DNA of 64,000 bases from Brevinematales bacterium (GTDB lineage: Bacteria > Spirochaetota > Brevinematia > DTOW01), in the NCBI GenBank assembly GCA_026415355.1, contig JAOAHF010000001.1, forward strand, positions 74,022 through 138,021. Reading direction: 5' to 3'. A program made the translations under genes and the position numbers. Below, piece after piece: positions 20,004 through 30,095 of the stretch; within the stretch, counting starts at the first letter, position 1; the number at the start of each line of letters is the position of its first letter. Under the pieces are notes generated by a model. It worked only from the letters and a program-made list of their open reading frames with translations, was not told where the DNA came from and searched no databases.

Positions 20004-20591
20004 ATGAGTGTATTGGTGAAAGAATTTTACGATATAAGGATACATGGTAGGGCTGGACAAGGTGCTAAGACAGCTGCTCAACTTGTAGCTGAATCTGCTA
20101 TTGATATAGGTATGTATGCTCAATCTTTTCCGGAATTTGGTGCAGAGAGAACTGGAGCTCCAGTTAAGGCTTATGCTAGAATCTCAAAGAATAAAATAGA
20201 GATACATTATCAGATAACTAATCCTGATGTAATAGTGGTCATGGATGAAACTCTTTTTAATGCTGAGAATGTTGTAGATGGTATAAAGGAAGATGGGGTT
20301 ATTATTGTGAATACTAATGAGAATCCGGAAAAAGTTAGAGAGAAGTATAGAATACCATCTAATATAAAGTTGTATACACTTAATGCTACTGGGATTGCAA
20401 TAGAGCTTTTTGGTAGGGATTTTTCCAACATACCTTTGCTTGGTGCAGTTGTCAAACTTACAGGTGTTATTGATCCTGAGAAAGTTAAAGCTGTCATAAG
20501 AAGCAAATTTATAAAGAAGCTTGGAGAGGAAGGAGTTAGTAAGAATATAACTGCCTTTGAAAGGGGTATGAATGAAATAATAGGAGGATAA
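20004..20591 (+). CDS. porG: pyruvate:ferredoxin oxidoreductase gamma subunit
   Basis: MSVLVKEFYDIRIHGRAGQGAKTAAQ... (POR gamma family). Start chosen at the ATG preceded by AAGGAGG. The ORF-track start at 19956 lies upstream of the RBS. Confidence 0.9.
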   Translation: MSVLVKEFYDIRIHGRAGQGAKTAAQLVAESAIDIGMYAQSFPEFGAERTGAPVKAYARISKNKIEIHYQITNPDVIVVMDETLFNAENVVDGIKEDGVIIVNTNENPEKVREKYRIPSNIKLYTLNATGIAIELFGRDFSNIPLLGAVVKLTGVIDPEKVKAVIRSKFIKKLGEEGVSKNITAFERGMNEIIGG

Positions 20592-20593
20592 CT

Positions 20594-20881
20594 ATGTTGT
20601 TAGCGAGTCGAGATGTAAAGTCTGTTGATTTGAATATAGGTGGTTATGCTAAAGGTGGTACTTCGGTTGTTAATAAAACGGGTGGGTGGAGAACCTTTAA
20701 GCCAATTTTGAATAGAGAGAAGTGTGTTGACTGTATGATATGTTGGGTATATTGTCCTGATGACAGTATAGTAGTTAAGGAAGGTAAGATGATAGGATTT
20801 GATTATGATTATTGCAAAGGATGTAGTATATGTGCTAATGTGTGTCCAAGAGATGCTATTGAGATGATCTCTGAAAAATAA
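20594..20881 (+). CDS. porD: pyruvate:ferredoxin oxidoreductase delta subunit (2x[4Fe-4S] ferredoxin-like)
   Basis: Two cysteine clusters: CVDCMICWVYCP and CKGCSICANVCP. Confidence 0.9.
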   Translation: MLLASRDVKSVDLNIGGYAKGGTSVVNKTGGWRTFKPILNREKCVDCMICWVYCPDDSIVVKEGKMIGFDYDYCKGCSICANVCPRDAIEMISEK

Positions 20882-20893
20882 GAGGAGGGGTTT

Positions 20894-22108
20894 ATGGAGA
20901 ATGTAGTTCCAGTAAAAGTTATTAGAAAATCTTTGACAGGTGCGCAAGCAGCTGCTGAAGCAATGAGACAAGCGGACTTGGATGTTGTTGCGGCTTATCC
21001 GATTACACCTCAAACTCCTATAGTTCAAGAGTATGCACAGTTTGTTGCTGATGGACTTGTTAAAACTGAGATGATACAAGTTGAATCTGAACATAGTGCT
21101 ATGAGTGCTGTTATAGGTGCTGCCTCTGCGGGTGCTAGAGCAAGCACTGCAACATCATCTCAAGGGTTAGCGTTTATGTGGGAAATGGTTGCTATAGCTT
21201 CTTCTTTGAGATTGCCTATAGTTATGAATCTTGTAAATAGAGCAATATCTGGTCCTCTGAATATACATTGTGATCATTCTGATGCTATGTCAATAAGAGA
21301 TCTTGGGTGGATTATGTTATTCTCAGAGAATCCTCAGGAAGTTTACTATAATAATATTCTCGCATTCAGAATTGCTGAAGATCCTAGAGTTTTCTTACCT
21401 GTAGCAGTTAATCAGGATGGTTTTATTACAAGTCACTGCGTTGAAGCAGTTGATGTACTTGATGATGGATTTGTTAAAGAGTTTATTGGGCCTAACAAAT
21501 ATCCATATTCTTTACTTGATTTTGAAAATCCTGTATCTGCTGGTGAATGGTCTATGCCATCTCATTACTTTGAATTCAGAGTTGGTATTCAGAAGGCAAT
21601 AGAAGATTCTGTAGCTGTTATTGATGAGATATTCAAAGATTTCCACAAAAAAACAGGTATAAAATTTGATTTCTTTGAAGGGTATAAAACTGAAGATGCT
21701 GAAGTAGTGTTTGTGTCTATGAATTCTACTTCTGGTACAGTTAGATATGTTGTTAACAAACTTAGAGAAAAGGGTAAGAAAGTAGGTTCTGTGAATGTAA
21801 GGGTTTATAGACCTTTTGTAGTGGACAAACTATTTGAAATTATACCTTCTGCCAAGTATCTGGCTGTTATGGATAGAGCCCTTTCTTTTGGTACTACTGG
21901 TTCTCCATTGTACCAAGATATAACTTCAGGTATATTCAGCAAAGGTAAATGCTTGATGGTAAATGACTATGTGTATGGTCTTGGTGGAAGAGATATTACG
22001 GATACCGATATAGATGAAATTTATGAACACGCAGAGTATGCTATGGAAGAGGAAATTAATGGACAGATCGTTTATGTAGGTTTAAATCCTGATTTTATCA
22101 AAATATAG
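20894..22108 (+). CDS. porA: pyruvate:ferredoxin oxidoreductase alpha subunit
   Basis: 404 aa in the POR/KOR alpha family (AAYPITPQTPIV, transketolase-like Pyr domain), in canonical porGDAB order. Confidence 0.95.
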   Translation: MENVVPVKVIRKSLTGAQAAAEAMRQADLDVVAAYPITPQTPIVQEYAQFVADGLVKTEMIQVESEHSAMSAVIGAASAGARASTATSSQGLAFMWEMVAIASSLRLPIVMNLVNRAISGPLNIHCDHSDAMSIRDLGWIMLFSENPQEVYYNNILAFRIAEDPRVFLPVAVNQDGFITSHCVEAVDVLDDGFVKEFIGPNKYPYSLLDFENPVSAGEWSMPSHYFEFRVGIQKAIEDSVAVIDEIFKDFHKKTGIKFDFFEGYKTEDAEVVFVSMNSTSGTVRYVVNKLREKGKKVGSVNVRVYRPFVVDKLFEIIPSAKYLAVMDRALSFGTTGSPLYQDITSGIFSKGKCLMVNDYVYGLGGRDITDTDIDEIYEHAEYAMEEEINGQIVYVGLNPDFIKI

Positions 22109-22118
22109 GAGGTAGTTT

Positions 22119-23057
22119 ATGGCTATAAATTTGAAGCAGATTGCTGGAACTGAGTTAAAGTTTACTAAAGGACATAGAATGTGTGCTGGTTGTGGCGTTG
22201 CTGTTTTTGTCAGAGAATTATCAATAGCAGCTCAAAATCTAGATATGGATCTTGTTATAGCGAATGCAACAGGATGTTTAGAGGTTACAACTAGTGTTTA
22301 TCCTGAAAGTTCTTGGAAGTATCCTTGGATACATACTGCTTTTGAGAACGCAGGTTCTACTATATCGGGTATAGAGAGAGCATACTATGCGCTTAAAGCA
22401 AAAGGTAAGATAAATCATAATAAGAAGGTTAAATTTGTTGCTATTGCAGGTGATGGTGGAAGCTATGATATAGGATTACAGAGTCTTTCAGGAGCACTTG
22501 AAAGAGGACACAATATTCTTTATATTGCCTATGATAATGAAGCATATATGAATACGGGATACCAAAGGAGTAGTGCTACTCCACTTTTTGCTAATACAAC
22601 AACTGCTCCTTTCGGTAAAGTAATACCTGGTAAAACTCAACCTAGAAAAGATTTATTTGCTATAGCGGTAGCTCATAACATACCATACGCAGCGACTGTC
22701 AGTATATACTATTGGAATGATCTTATAGCAAAAATACAAAAGGCTCTAACTATAGAAGGGCCTACGTTTATACTCTCAATAACTCCTTGTATTCCTGGTT
22801 GGGTTATGCCAACTGGCGATGCTATCGAGCTTTCTAAATCAGCGGTTGAGACTGGGTATTGGCCGCTTGTTGAATATGAAAATGGAAACTATAAATGGAG
22901 TCCATCAAATCCGAGACAACTCAAACCTATTGAAGAGTTTATATCGAAGCAAAAGAGGTTTGCTGGTATGCTAAAAAATCCAGAGCTTGTTGAACAATTT
23001 AAACAAGATGTAATGGTAAATTACGAAAAATATAGAAAGCTCTGCGGAGTTTCTTAA
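22119..23057 (+). CDS. porB: pyruvate:ferredoxin oxidoreductase beta subunit (TPP-binding)
   Basis: CAGCGV cysteine motif and the GDGG TPP-binding motif (IAGDGGSYDIGLQSL). Confidence 0.95.
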   Translation: MAINLKQIAGTELKFTKGHRMCAGCGVAVFVRELSIAAQNLDMDLVIANATGCLEVTTSVYPESSWKYPWIHTAFENAGSTISGIERAYYALKAKGKINHNKKVKFVAIAGDGGSYDIGLQSLSGALERGHNILYIAYDNEAYMNTGYQRSSATPLFANTTTAPFGKVIPGKTQPRKDLFAIAVAHNIPYAATVSIYYWNDLIAKIQKALTIEGPTFILSITPCIPGWVMPTGDAIELSKSAVETGYWPLVEYENGNYKWSPSNPRQLKPIEEFISKQKRFAGMLKNPELVEQFKQDVMVNYEKYRKLCGVS

Positions 23058-23064
23058 CGGTAAT

Positions 23065-23085
23065 TAGGGGGTAATTCCCCCTATT
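23065..23085. terminator. weak hairpin between convergent porB and degT-like genes
   Basis: TTAGGGGG-TAATT-CCCCCTA inverted repeat with no strong U-tract on either strand. Possible bidirectional terminator or structural element. Confidence 0.3.
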
Positions 23086-23175
23086 CTAGTGAATTTGATA
23101 TAAATAAACCTTTGGATGTCCATCTAAGAAATTTTCTAAGTGAAGTTAGTTGTCTTATGCTTTATTACTTGGTTT

Positions 23176-24339
23176 TTACCTACGATAATTCTTCCATATA
23201 TCTTTTATTGTATCGACAATATACCATATCTCTTTGTTAGAAAGAGATGGGTATATAGGAAGTGATACTATCTCTCTATATACTTTTTCCGAAATGGGAA
23301 ATTCTTTGAAGTTTAGGCTTAGGATACTTTGGTATTTTGAAAACCTGTATACTGGTGTAAAATGCACACTTGTGCCTATTCCTTTTTCATTTAATAGTTT
23401 TATGAAAGTGTTTCTGTCTATCTTCCACATGTCTAGGTTTAGTCTGATTACAAACAGATGGTATGAATGTTTTGTGTTAGGTCTTATTTTTGGTAACCTT
23501 ATACCTTCAATATCATTAAGGGTATTTTGGTAGAAGTTCCATACTCTTTCTCTTTCTTTTTGGGATTTGTTAAAACTTTTAAGTTGTGCTATACCTATGG
23601 ATGCTAAGATGTCAGGGAAATTATATTTGAAACCTATTTCTGTTATATCATAGAAAGGTAAATTATCTTGGTATCTTTTCCAGGCGTTTTTATCCATTCC
23701 GTGTAAATAGGTTTTTGATATTTTTTCTATAATGTTTTCTAAATGCGTTGATATTAATCCTCCTTCACCTGTTTGGAGTGTTTTAGTTGCGTAAAGGCTG
23801 AATACCGTTGCGGATGTTCCGAATTTTTGAGTATTACCGACTTTTGATCCCATGTATTCAGTTCCAAAGGCGTGTGCTCCATCTTCAATTACTATAATAT
23901 CGTATGACTCTGATAGTTTTTTCATTCCATCAATATCATATGGGTTTCCACCATAATATGTAGGAACTATTATTTTGGTATCTTTTGTTATTTTTCTCTC
24001 AATATCATCCAGAGAGATAGTTAAGTATTCATCTTCAACATCAACAATTATTGGTTTTGCTCCGGAGATAATTGACATTTCAACAGGTGATATAAATGTT
24101 ATACTGGGTATTATTATGGAATAACCTTTAACTTCAAAAGCGTCAAACAGTAAATGTAGTCCAGCAGTACAAGATGAAACAAGTTTTAGGTTTTTTTCTT
24201 CTACTTCTAGATATTCTGATAATAGCTTGGTAAATTCAGAGTTTCTTTTCCCAGTGGTTAGCCAACCTGTTTTAAGTGTTTTGAAAACTTCAAAGTAATC
24301 TAAAATTGTGATAGATGGTTTGTAAAATGGTATTTTCAT
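23176..24339 (-). CDS. DegT/DnrJ/EryC1/StrS-family PLP-dependent aminotransferase (sugar aminotransferase)
   Basis: 387 aa. IIVPTYYGGNPYDIDGMKKLSESYDIIVIEDGAHAFG, with the active-site Lys region SLYATKTLQTGEGG. Confidence 0.85.
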   Translation of the reverse strand: MKIPFYKPSITILDYFEVFKTLKTGWLTTGKRNSEFTKLLSEYLEVEEKNLKLVSSCTAGLHLLFDAFEVKGYSIIIPSITFISPVEMSIISGAKPIIVDVEDEYLTISLDDIERKITKDTKIIVPTYYGGNPYDIDGMKKLSESYDIIVIEDGAHAFGTEYMGSKVGNTQKFGTSATVFSLYATKTLQTGEGGLISTHLENIIEKISKTYLHGMDKNAWKRYQDNLPFYDITEIGFKYNFPDILASIGIAQLKSFNKSQKERERVWNFYQNTLNDIEGIRLPKIRPNTKHSYHLFVIRLNLDMWKIDRNTFIKLLNEKGIGTSVHFTPVYRFSKYQSILSLNFKEFPISEKVYREIVSLPIYPSLSNKEIWYIVDTIKDIWKNYRR

Positions 24340-24746
24340 TATCTTTTTTGCTCAACTGATAAGCCAACTTCAGTTGCTCCACCTAACCTAACTCTGTCCA
24401 TTACTTCTATAACAGTTTGGTATGGTATATCTCTATCGCCTCTTATTATTACGGGAATATTGGGATCCTTGACAGTTATTCTCTTTATAGTTGGAGATAT
24501 GTCTTGTAATGATATAGGATAGTCGTTTAAATAGAACTTATTGTCTTTGGTTATTGTTATTATTATCTGTGTTCTAGGTTGTGAATCGGATACTACTGAT
24601 TTCGGAAGATTTACATTGATTGCAGAAGTTTTTATTATAGTTGAGGTTAACATAAAAAATATAGTTAGCAAAAACATTACATCAATGAGAGGGGTAGGTT
24701 CAATACCTACTTTCAATTTGCTTCTATCTGATTTACTCAAGTTCAT
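24339..24746 (-). CDS. ExbD/TolR-family biopolymer transport protein (orphan)
   Basis: PTPLIDVMFLLTIFFMLTS (TM) then INVNLPKS and a C-terminal periplasmic domain (ExbD architecture). Its stop overlaps the degT-like start. No ExbB/TolQ is adjacent. Confidence 0.8.
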   Translation of the reverse strand: MNLSKSDRSKLKVGIEPTPLIDVMFLLTIFFMLTSTIIKTSAINVNLPKSVVSDSQPRTQIIITITKDNKFYLNDYPISLQDISPTIKRITVKDPNIPVIIRGDRDIPYQTVIEVMDRVRLGGATEVGLSVEQKR

Positions 24747-25012
24747 AAACGAATTATATCAAAGACTGTTCATAATATTCAAAGTTAGTTTTCAAGAAAC
24801 TACTTAAATCTAGATTCACTGTTGAAGTAGAGATCATGTAAGGTGGAGGTAAAAATTTTTTGTTTTCTGGTGTTTTTACAACACTCGCAGAAAGGTATCC
24901 ATTAGAATTACAAGTATTCACAAGCATTACATACATTTTCTTGAGCACATTCATCCTAAATTGATTAGAAATTGTATCATTTTTTAAACTACTTTGAAGT
25001 GAGGTATGGGTT

Positions 25013-27496
25013 ATGTATTTCAATAAAAGGCTAGTTATTACTTTGATATTACTGATAATTTTTGTAAGTATTGTTGTGTTACCTACTCTTATTTCAGGTA
25101 AGACTTTCTATGGTATAGATGGTAATATAGGTATAATAAAAGAGTACTCTGAAGTTATTTGGAAGTTTAATAATCAAAATTGGTATCATAACTACCTTTT
25201 AGGTTTTCCTTCAGGTATTGGTTTTAATATATCTATTTTCTTAGGAAAAATAATAGGTTATGAGAGGGTACCTATATTTGATGTACTTTTGTATATGGTA
25301 GTTTCTTTTTTGGGAATGTTTATTCTTTTGAGAGGTTATGGTATTTTGTTTTGGGGAGCTGTTTTTGGTGCTACTGGTATATCTTTGACGACAATGGGTA
25401 TTTTGTCAGTATTTGGGGGGCACCTAAATGGTTCTTTGTCATTTTTAATTCTTGCTCTAGGGCTTACTAAATATTTGTATTCTAGAGATTTGTCTATTGT
25501 CAAAACTTCTATTTTGATTTTGTTAATAGGTGTTTCTTTAGGTATAGCATTTGTTGATCCCCAAAGAACTATATATTTTGGTTTTGTTTATGGTGCTTAT
25601 TTGATATTACTTTCCCTTTCAAGGGTAAGTGGATTTTCAAATTTACCTAAGGTTGATAGAAAATTGTTGATAAAACTTATTATTATACCTGCTGCTATCT
25701 TCGTTATATTTTTGGTTTTTTCGATGAACTCGATAGTAAGTTTGTTTGGAATTACTCAGATGGAACAGATTGGAGTTCAAAAGGATGATCCTGAGACTAA
25801 ATGGAGATTTTTAGTTCAATTTTCAATGCCACCTGAGGAGATATTGAATTTCTTGATACCTGGTATTTTTGGATACTTTTCCAATGATCCTAATTTGCCT
25901 TATTGGGGTAGGGCTGCACAAGATTTTGATTACGAAAAAACTAGACAGGGGATGAGAAATTTTAGGTTAGGTATTGATAACTATCTGGCTGTTTTGTTTG
26001 TTCCGTTTTTAATAATGTCTTTCTTGTACTTTGGGACATGGGATCCAGAGAAAAAGAAGCATTTTATATTTTGGGGTATAGTAGCAGTAATAGCATTTCT
26101 TATCTCAATAGCAAGATATTTCCCTACACTATTTTGGCTTCTTATACAGATACCATTCATGGATAAATTTAGAGTTCCATCGAAGTGGATGGATATTTTT
26201 GTCATATCAATTGTTATAATGTCTTCTTTCTCTTTTGATTCCTTTTTACGAAATCTTAAGGGAGATATAAATAGGAATAAAATACTCTTAAATGCATTCT
26301 TGGTATATTCTGGTGTGCTTCTTTTTGTTTATCTGATACTTTTAGGGTTTAGAGCTGAAATTGCTTTCTATTTTGCTTCCTCTCAGCAGTACGATTATGG
26401 TGTAGCACAAAAAATAAGTGATAATATATCTAGTTCAGTTGGTAATGCGTTTATATTTGTACTTTTAGGAACTTTGATACTTTACTTATTGCAGATTCTT
26501 TCTTCTAGAAACGTAGAGATAAGTGATGTTGTTTCAAGCAAATCTTTGATAGCAGATGTGATTTTAGGTATTTTTGTTATAGTTGTGTTTATAAATATGG
26601 TGATTGTAACTAAGCCAATCTTCAAAGAAGTTGATCCATATAAACTCTATGCTAAAAATGATATTGTTAAATTCATGGAAGAAAAGACTAAAAATGAGCA
26701 GGCAAGATTTGTTATGTATTCTCCTTTAGCTAATCATTACTTTACTTTTCTTTTCCCTTACTATAATCTGGAGACAATACAGACAATAGCTCAGTCTAGG
26801 TTGCCTGAGGATTATGTAAAACTTTTACCATTTATATCGTCATTTAATTTTGATGTTATGGCAAAGTATGGAACTGTGTATTTTGTAACAGAGTTACCGC
26901 CTACCCATCAGGTATTTTTACAGTTACCGATAATAACCTATTACACAAATTTGTCAACACAGATGTACCTATCTGAAGATCAGCCTTCAATTACTCATTC
27001 TGTTTTTGTTTACAAAATAACTAATTACTTACCTAGGTTTTTCATAACTCCAAACTATATAAAGTATAATGGTCAAATAGAAATGGTTCTTATGTTACCA
27101 GTGGATGTTTTGAAAAACAGTGTTTTGCTTACAAACGATATAGCTAATTTTATCTCCTCCCAAAACTTATCATATGACATAAAGGTTGAAGAGTACACTA
27201 AAGACTATTCTAAGCTTAAAGTTACTACATCTGATAAGGCATTTTTAGTTTTCAATACTTATTATGATCCTAAATGGGAGTGTTACGTTGACGGTAAGAA
27301 AAAAGATATTATGAAGGCTAATTTCTTAGTTCAGGCAGTCTTGTTAGATACACCTGGAGAACATGTAGTAGAGTTTAAGTTTAATGCTTTTTCTGTATGG
27401 GTTATGCTTCAAATGGTTTTACTAGTTATTTCTATACTAGCTTTGGTGATTTTAGGAGTTTGGGACAAATTGCTCGTAAAGAAGGGAAAACTGTGA
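25013..27496 (+). CDS. large polytopic membrane protein, YfhO-like (putative membrane glycosyltransferase-type) family
   Basis: 827 aa with more than 10 predicted TM segments in the N-terminal two thirds, a large extracytoplasmic domain and a final TM (LLVISILALVILGVW). This architecture is typical of YfhO-like proteins, but the assignment rests on architecture only. Confidence 0.5.
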   Translation: MYFNKRLVITLILLIIFVSIVVLPTLISGKTFYGIDGNIGIIKEYSEVIWKFNNQNWYHNYLLGFPSGIGFNISIFLGKIIGYERVPIFDVLLYMVVSFLGMFILLRGYGILFWGAVFGATGISLTTMGILSVFGGHLNGSLSFLILALGLTKYLYSRDLSIVKTSILILLIGVSLGIAFVDPQRTIYFGFVYGAYLILLSLSRVSGFSNLPKVDRKLLIKLIIIPAAIFVIFLVFSMNSIVSLFGITQMEQIGVQKDDPETKWRFLVQFSMPPEEILNFLIPGIFGYFSNDPNLPYWGRAAQDFDYEKTRQGMRNFRLGIDNYLAVLFVPFLIMSFLYFGTWDPEKKKHFIFWGIVAVIAFLISIARYFPTLFWLLIQIPFMDKFRVPSKWMDIFVISIVIMSSFSFDSFLRNLKGDINRNKILLNAFLVYSGVLLFVYLILLGFRAEIAFYFASSQQYDYGVAQKISDNISSSVGNAFIFVLLGTLILYLLQILSSRNVEISDVVSSKSLIADVILGIFVIVVFINMVIVTKPIFKEVDPYKLYAKNDIVKFMEEKTKNEQARFVMYSPLANHYFTFLFPYYNLETIQTIAQSRLPEDYVKLLPFISSFNFDVMAKYGTVYFVTELPPTHQVFLQLPIITYYTNLSTQMYLSEDQPSITHSVFVYKITNYLPRFFITPNYIKYNGQIEMVLMLPVDVLKNSVLLTNDIANFISSQNLSYDIKVEEYTKDYSKLKVTTSDKAFLVFNTYYDPKWECYVDGKKKDIMKANFLVQAVLLDTPGEHVVEFKFNAFSVWVMLQMVLLVISILALVILGVWDKLLVKKGKL

Positions 27497-27578
27497 GATC
27501 AATAAAGCTTAGAATTTTCTTATCAGATTAATTTATATCTTAGTTGTTAAAATTGAGTATTTCTTATTCCTGAAAAGT

Positions 27579-28973
27579 TTATTTTTGAAATTGTTGTTTG
27601 TTTTCTTGGTATGCTAGGGTAATAGATAAAGTAAGTATGAAGTTTAATACTGTTAGGTATATTGTATAGTAATCAAACTTTATTGAAGGTATTACTAATT
27701 CAGCAAGTATTATGTATAGAGAGCTAAATGACATTATGAATATGATGATTAGTTTTGTTGTTATGCTTAGTTTGATGGTTTTGTTTAAGAGTTTTAGTAT
27801 TATTGATGAAAATATCAGTGGGGCTACTGTTGTTGAGAATATTTTGTACGCTAGGAGTAAAGTTGGTATTATTCCTCTTCCCATTGAAGCTACAAGCGTT
27901 GCTAATGTTATAACTATGCTTGCTATGAGTCTTATAAACCAGATATTATTGAAAAATTTACTGTTACCAAAAATCGATGGTAAGATATTTTTTGATATCA
28001 GAGAACTTGATGTAATTAATATTACATCTGCTCCAGACAACGGTATTGATATTAGTGCTATGAATACTAGTGGTTTGATTTCGTTTGGAACGTTAAGGGC
28101 CAGATATGGGATTATGTTATCTGGATTTGGTGTGTTACTAAATATTCCTCTGGATAGTATTCCTACTAATACTATCATGATTGATATGATGAATATTATC
28201 ACCGACGCTAAAATTAGCGAAGTTTTTGCTACATTGCTAGTTTTTGAGGAGAATATTCTGGAGTATATATCGGGGCCGAATAAGTAAGAAAGACCTACTG
28301 ATAGAAATACACTAATCCAAAATGCAAAACTAAAGCTACCTTCAAATCCTATTTCTGTGTTTTTGATTATGTTTTGACTTTCATTTCCAACTCTTGATAG
28401 AGTAAAGTAGAGAAGAATACATATGCCGATAACCATAATTATAACTTGGAGAAAAGATACTCTTATTGCTCCGACTTGACCCCATATTATTGTATATAAA
28501 GCAAATATTGTTGAAAAAACTATAAGGGATATAATCTTATTACCAACTATAAATTCAATAATATTACCACCTGCAATGATTTGCCCGGCCAAAACGCTTA
28601 TCCAGGCAAGCAGGAGTACAATAGAAGATAAAGTTTTGATTGGAGCTCCAAAGTTTTCATTTATTATGTCAATTATAGTATATCCTTTGAAGGAGTAAAT
28701 GGTTTTAACTAAAAATGTTGCTAGTAAAATCAAAAATATTACACCAGATAGTGTCCACCATATAGCATTCCAACCTAGTTTATAAGCCCAACCGGCAAGC
28801 CCAAACACTGATGAGGCACCAAACACTAGAGCAACTAAAGACATTGTTATCTCAAATACTCCTCCATTCCTACCGTACACAAGATATTCTTCTTCCTTGG
28901 ATGTAAAGAATTTCTTGTATAAAATTAGTATTATCCCTATAAGCAGTACAAGGTACAGAAATATATATATCAT
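27579..28973 (-). CDS. sodium:solute symporter (SSS) family transporter
   Basis: 464 aa with about 13 TM segments. The N-terminal region (YLVYGRNGGVFEITMSLVALVFGASSVFGLAGWAYKLGWNAIWW) resembles PutP/PanF-type SSS carriers. Confidence 0.75.
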   Translation of the reverse strand: MIYIFLYLVLLIGIILILYKKFFTSKEEEYLVYGRNGGVFEITMSLVALVFGASSVFGLAGWAYKLGWNAIWWTLSGVIFLILLATFLVKTIYSFKGYTIIDIINENFGAPIKTLSSIVLLLAWISVLAGQIIAGGNIIEFIVGNKIISLIVFSTIFALYTIIWGQVGAIRVSFLQVIIMVIGICILLYFTLSRVGNESQNIIKNTEIGFEGSFSFAFWISVFLSVGLSYLFGPDIYSRIFSSKTSNVAKTSLILASVIIFIISIMIVLVGILSRGIFSNTPNPDNIIPYLALNVPNEIKPLVFIALISIPLSGADVILITSSSLISKNILPSIFGNSKFFNNIWFIRLIASIVITLATLVASMGRGIIPTLLLAYKIFSTTVAPLIFSSIILKLLNKTIKLSITTKLIIIFIMSFSSLYIILAELVIPSIKFDYYTIYLTVLNFILTLSITLAYQENKQQFQK

Positions 28974-29213
28974 AGTTAACTATTTTAATTGAAAAGTTAA
29001 CACAAAATCAAAATGGTTATTTTTTATAAATTCTGTAGCTGATGGTAGTTATCGAGTTAGGTGTAAGTTATTGAAGTGTTATTTTATTCTTGTTTTAACT
29101 GAAATGATGTTTTTGTATGATATTAGCGTGAGGTAATTGGTTTTATTGGGTAGTTGATTTGAGTTTGAAAACGATAGTGTGATTAGTTTATCTTTCTATC
29201 CGAAGAGGTGATT

Positions 29214-30086
29214 ATGGACTATAAAGTTGAGATAGGTGTTATTGGGGGTAGTGGTTTATATTCTTTTTCATCTGCTAAAATTGTAGATGAAGTTGACATA
29301 GATACACCTTTTGGTAAGCCGTCTGATAAGATAACTATAGTAGATGTTGAAGGTAGAAAAGTTGCATTTTTACCAAGGCATGGTAGAGGACATATATATC
29401 CACCAACTAAGATACCTATGAAGGCGAATATTTGGGCTTTAAAGTATTTGGGGGTTAGGAGGCTTATTGGTGTAAGTGCTGTTGGTAGTTTAAGAGAAGA
29501 GCTTAGGCCTATGGATTTTGTTATACCTTCTCAACTAATTGATTTCACTAGATGGAGAGAGCTAACATTTTTTACAACGGGATTAGTGGGGCATGTTTCT
29601 ATGGCCGATCCTTTTTGTAATGAATTTTCAAGTGAAATAGGAGATATAATCAGTAAGAATTTCCCTGAGATAAGGCTACATACTAATAAGACTTACATAA
29701 ATATAGAAGGACCACAATTTTCAAGTAGAGCTGAGAGCAATTTGTTTAGGCAGTGGGGTGCAGATATAATAGGAATGACTGCTGCTGGAGAGGCTAAGCT
29801 TTCTAGAGAAGCTGAGATATGTTATTCTCTCATATCTATGGTTACAGACTATGATTGTTGGTACGAGGGGCATGAAGATGTTAATGCGGATATGGTTATG
29901 GAATATATGAAAAAGAATACCGATAATATACTCAAGATGTTACCTGTTATCATAAAGAATATCAATTTAACAAATAGATATTCAGCTGAAGAGTCCGCTA
30001 AATTTGCTATAGTTACATCCAAAGATAGGATACCACAAGATATTAAAAGAGCGTTAGCTATATTTTATGAAAAGTATTGGAGTTAG
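29214..30086 (+). CDS. mtnP: S-methyl-5'-thioadenosine phosphorylase
   Basis: IGVIGGSGLY, PRHGRGH and GHVSMADPFC motifs of the MTAP/PNP family. ATG at 29214 is preferred; the ORF track's GTG at 29208 is the alternative. Confidence 0.9.
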   Translation: MDYKVEIGVIGGSGLYSFSSAKIVDEVDIDTPFGKPSDKITIVDVEGRKVAFLPRHGRGHIYPPTKIPMKANIWALKYLGVRRLIGVSAVGSLREELRPMDFVIPSQLIDFTRWRELTFFTTGLVGHVSMADPFCNEFSSEIGDIISKNFPEIRLHTNKTYINIEGPQFSSRAESNLFRQWGADIIGMTAAGEAKLSREAEICYSLISMVTDYDCWYEGHEDVNADMVMEYMKKNTDNILKMLPVIIKNINLTNRYSAEESAKFAIVTSKDRIPQDIKRALAIFYEKYWS

Positions 30087-30095
30087 TGAGGGGAA

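Noticed and set aside
24754-25023. 89-aa minus-strand ORF upstream of the ExbD gene (possible ExbB remnant)
   Set aside because: It has no TM helices or MotA/ExbB motifs and no RBS, and it overlaps the start of the large YfhO-like gene on the other strand. It is more likely a promoter or 5'-UTR region.
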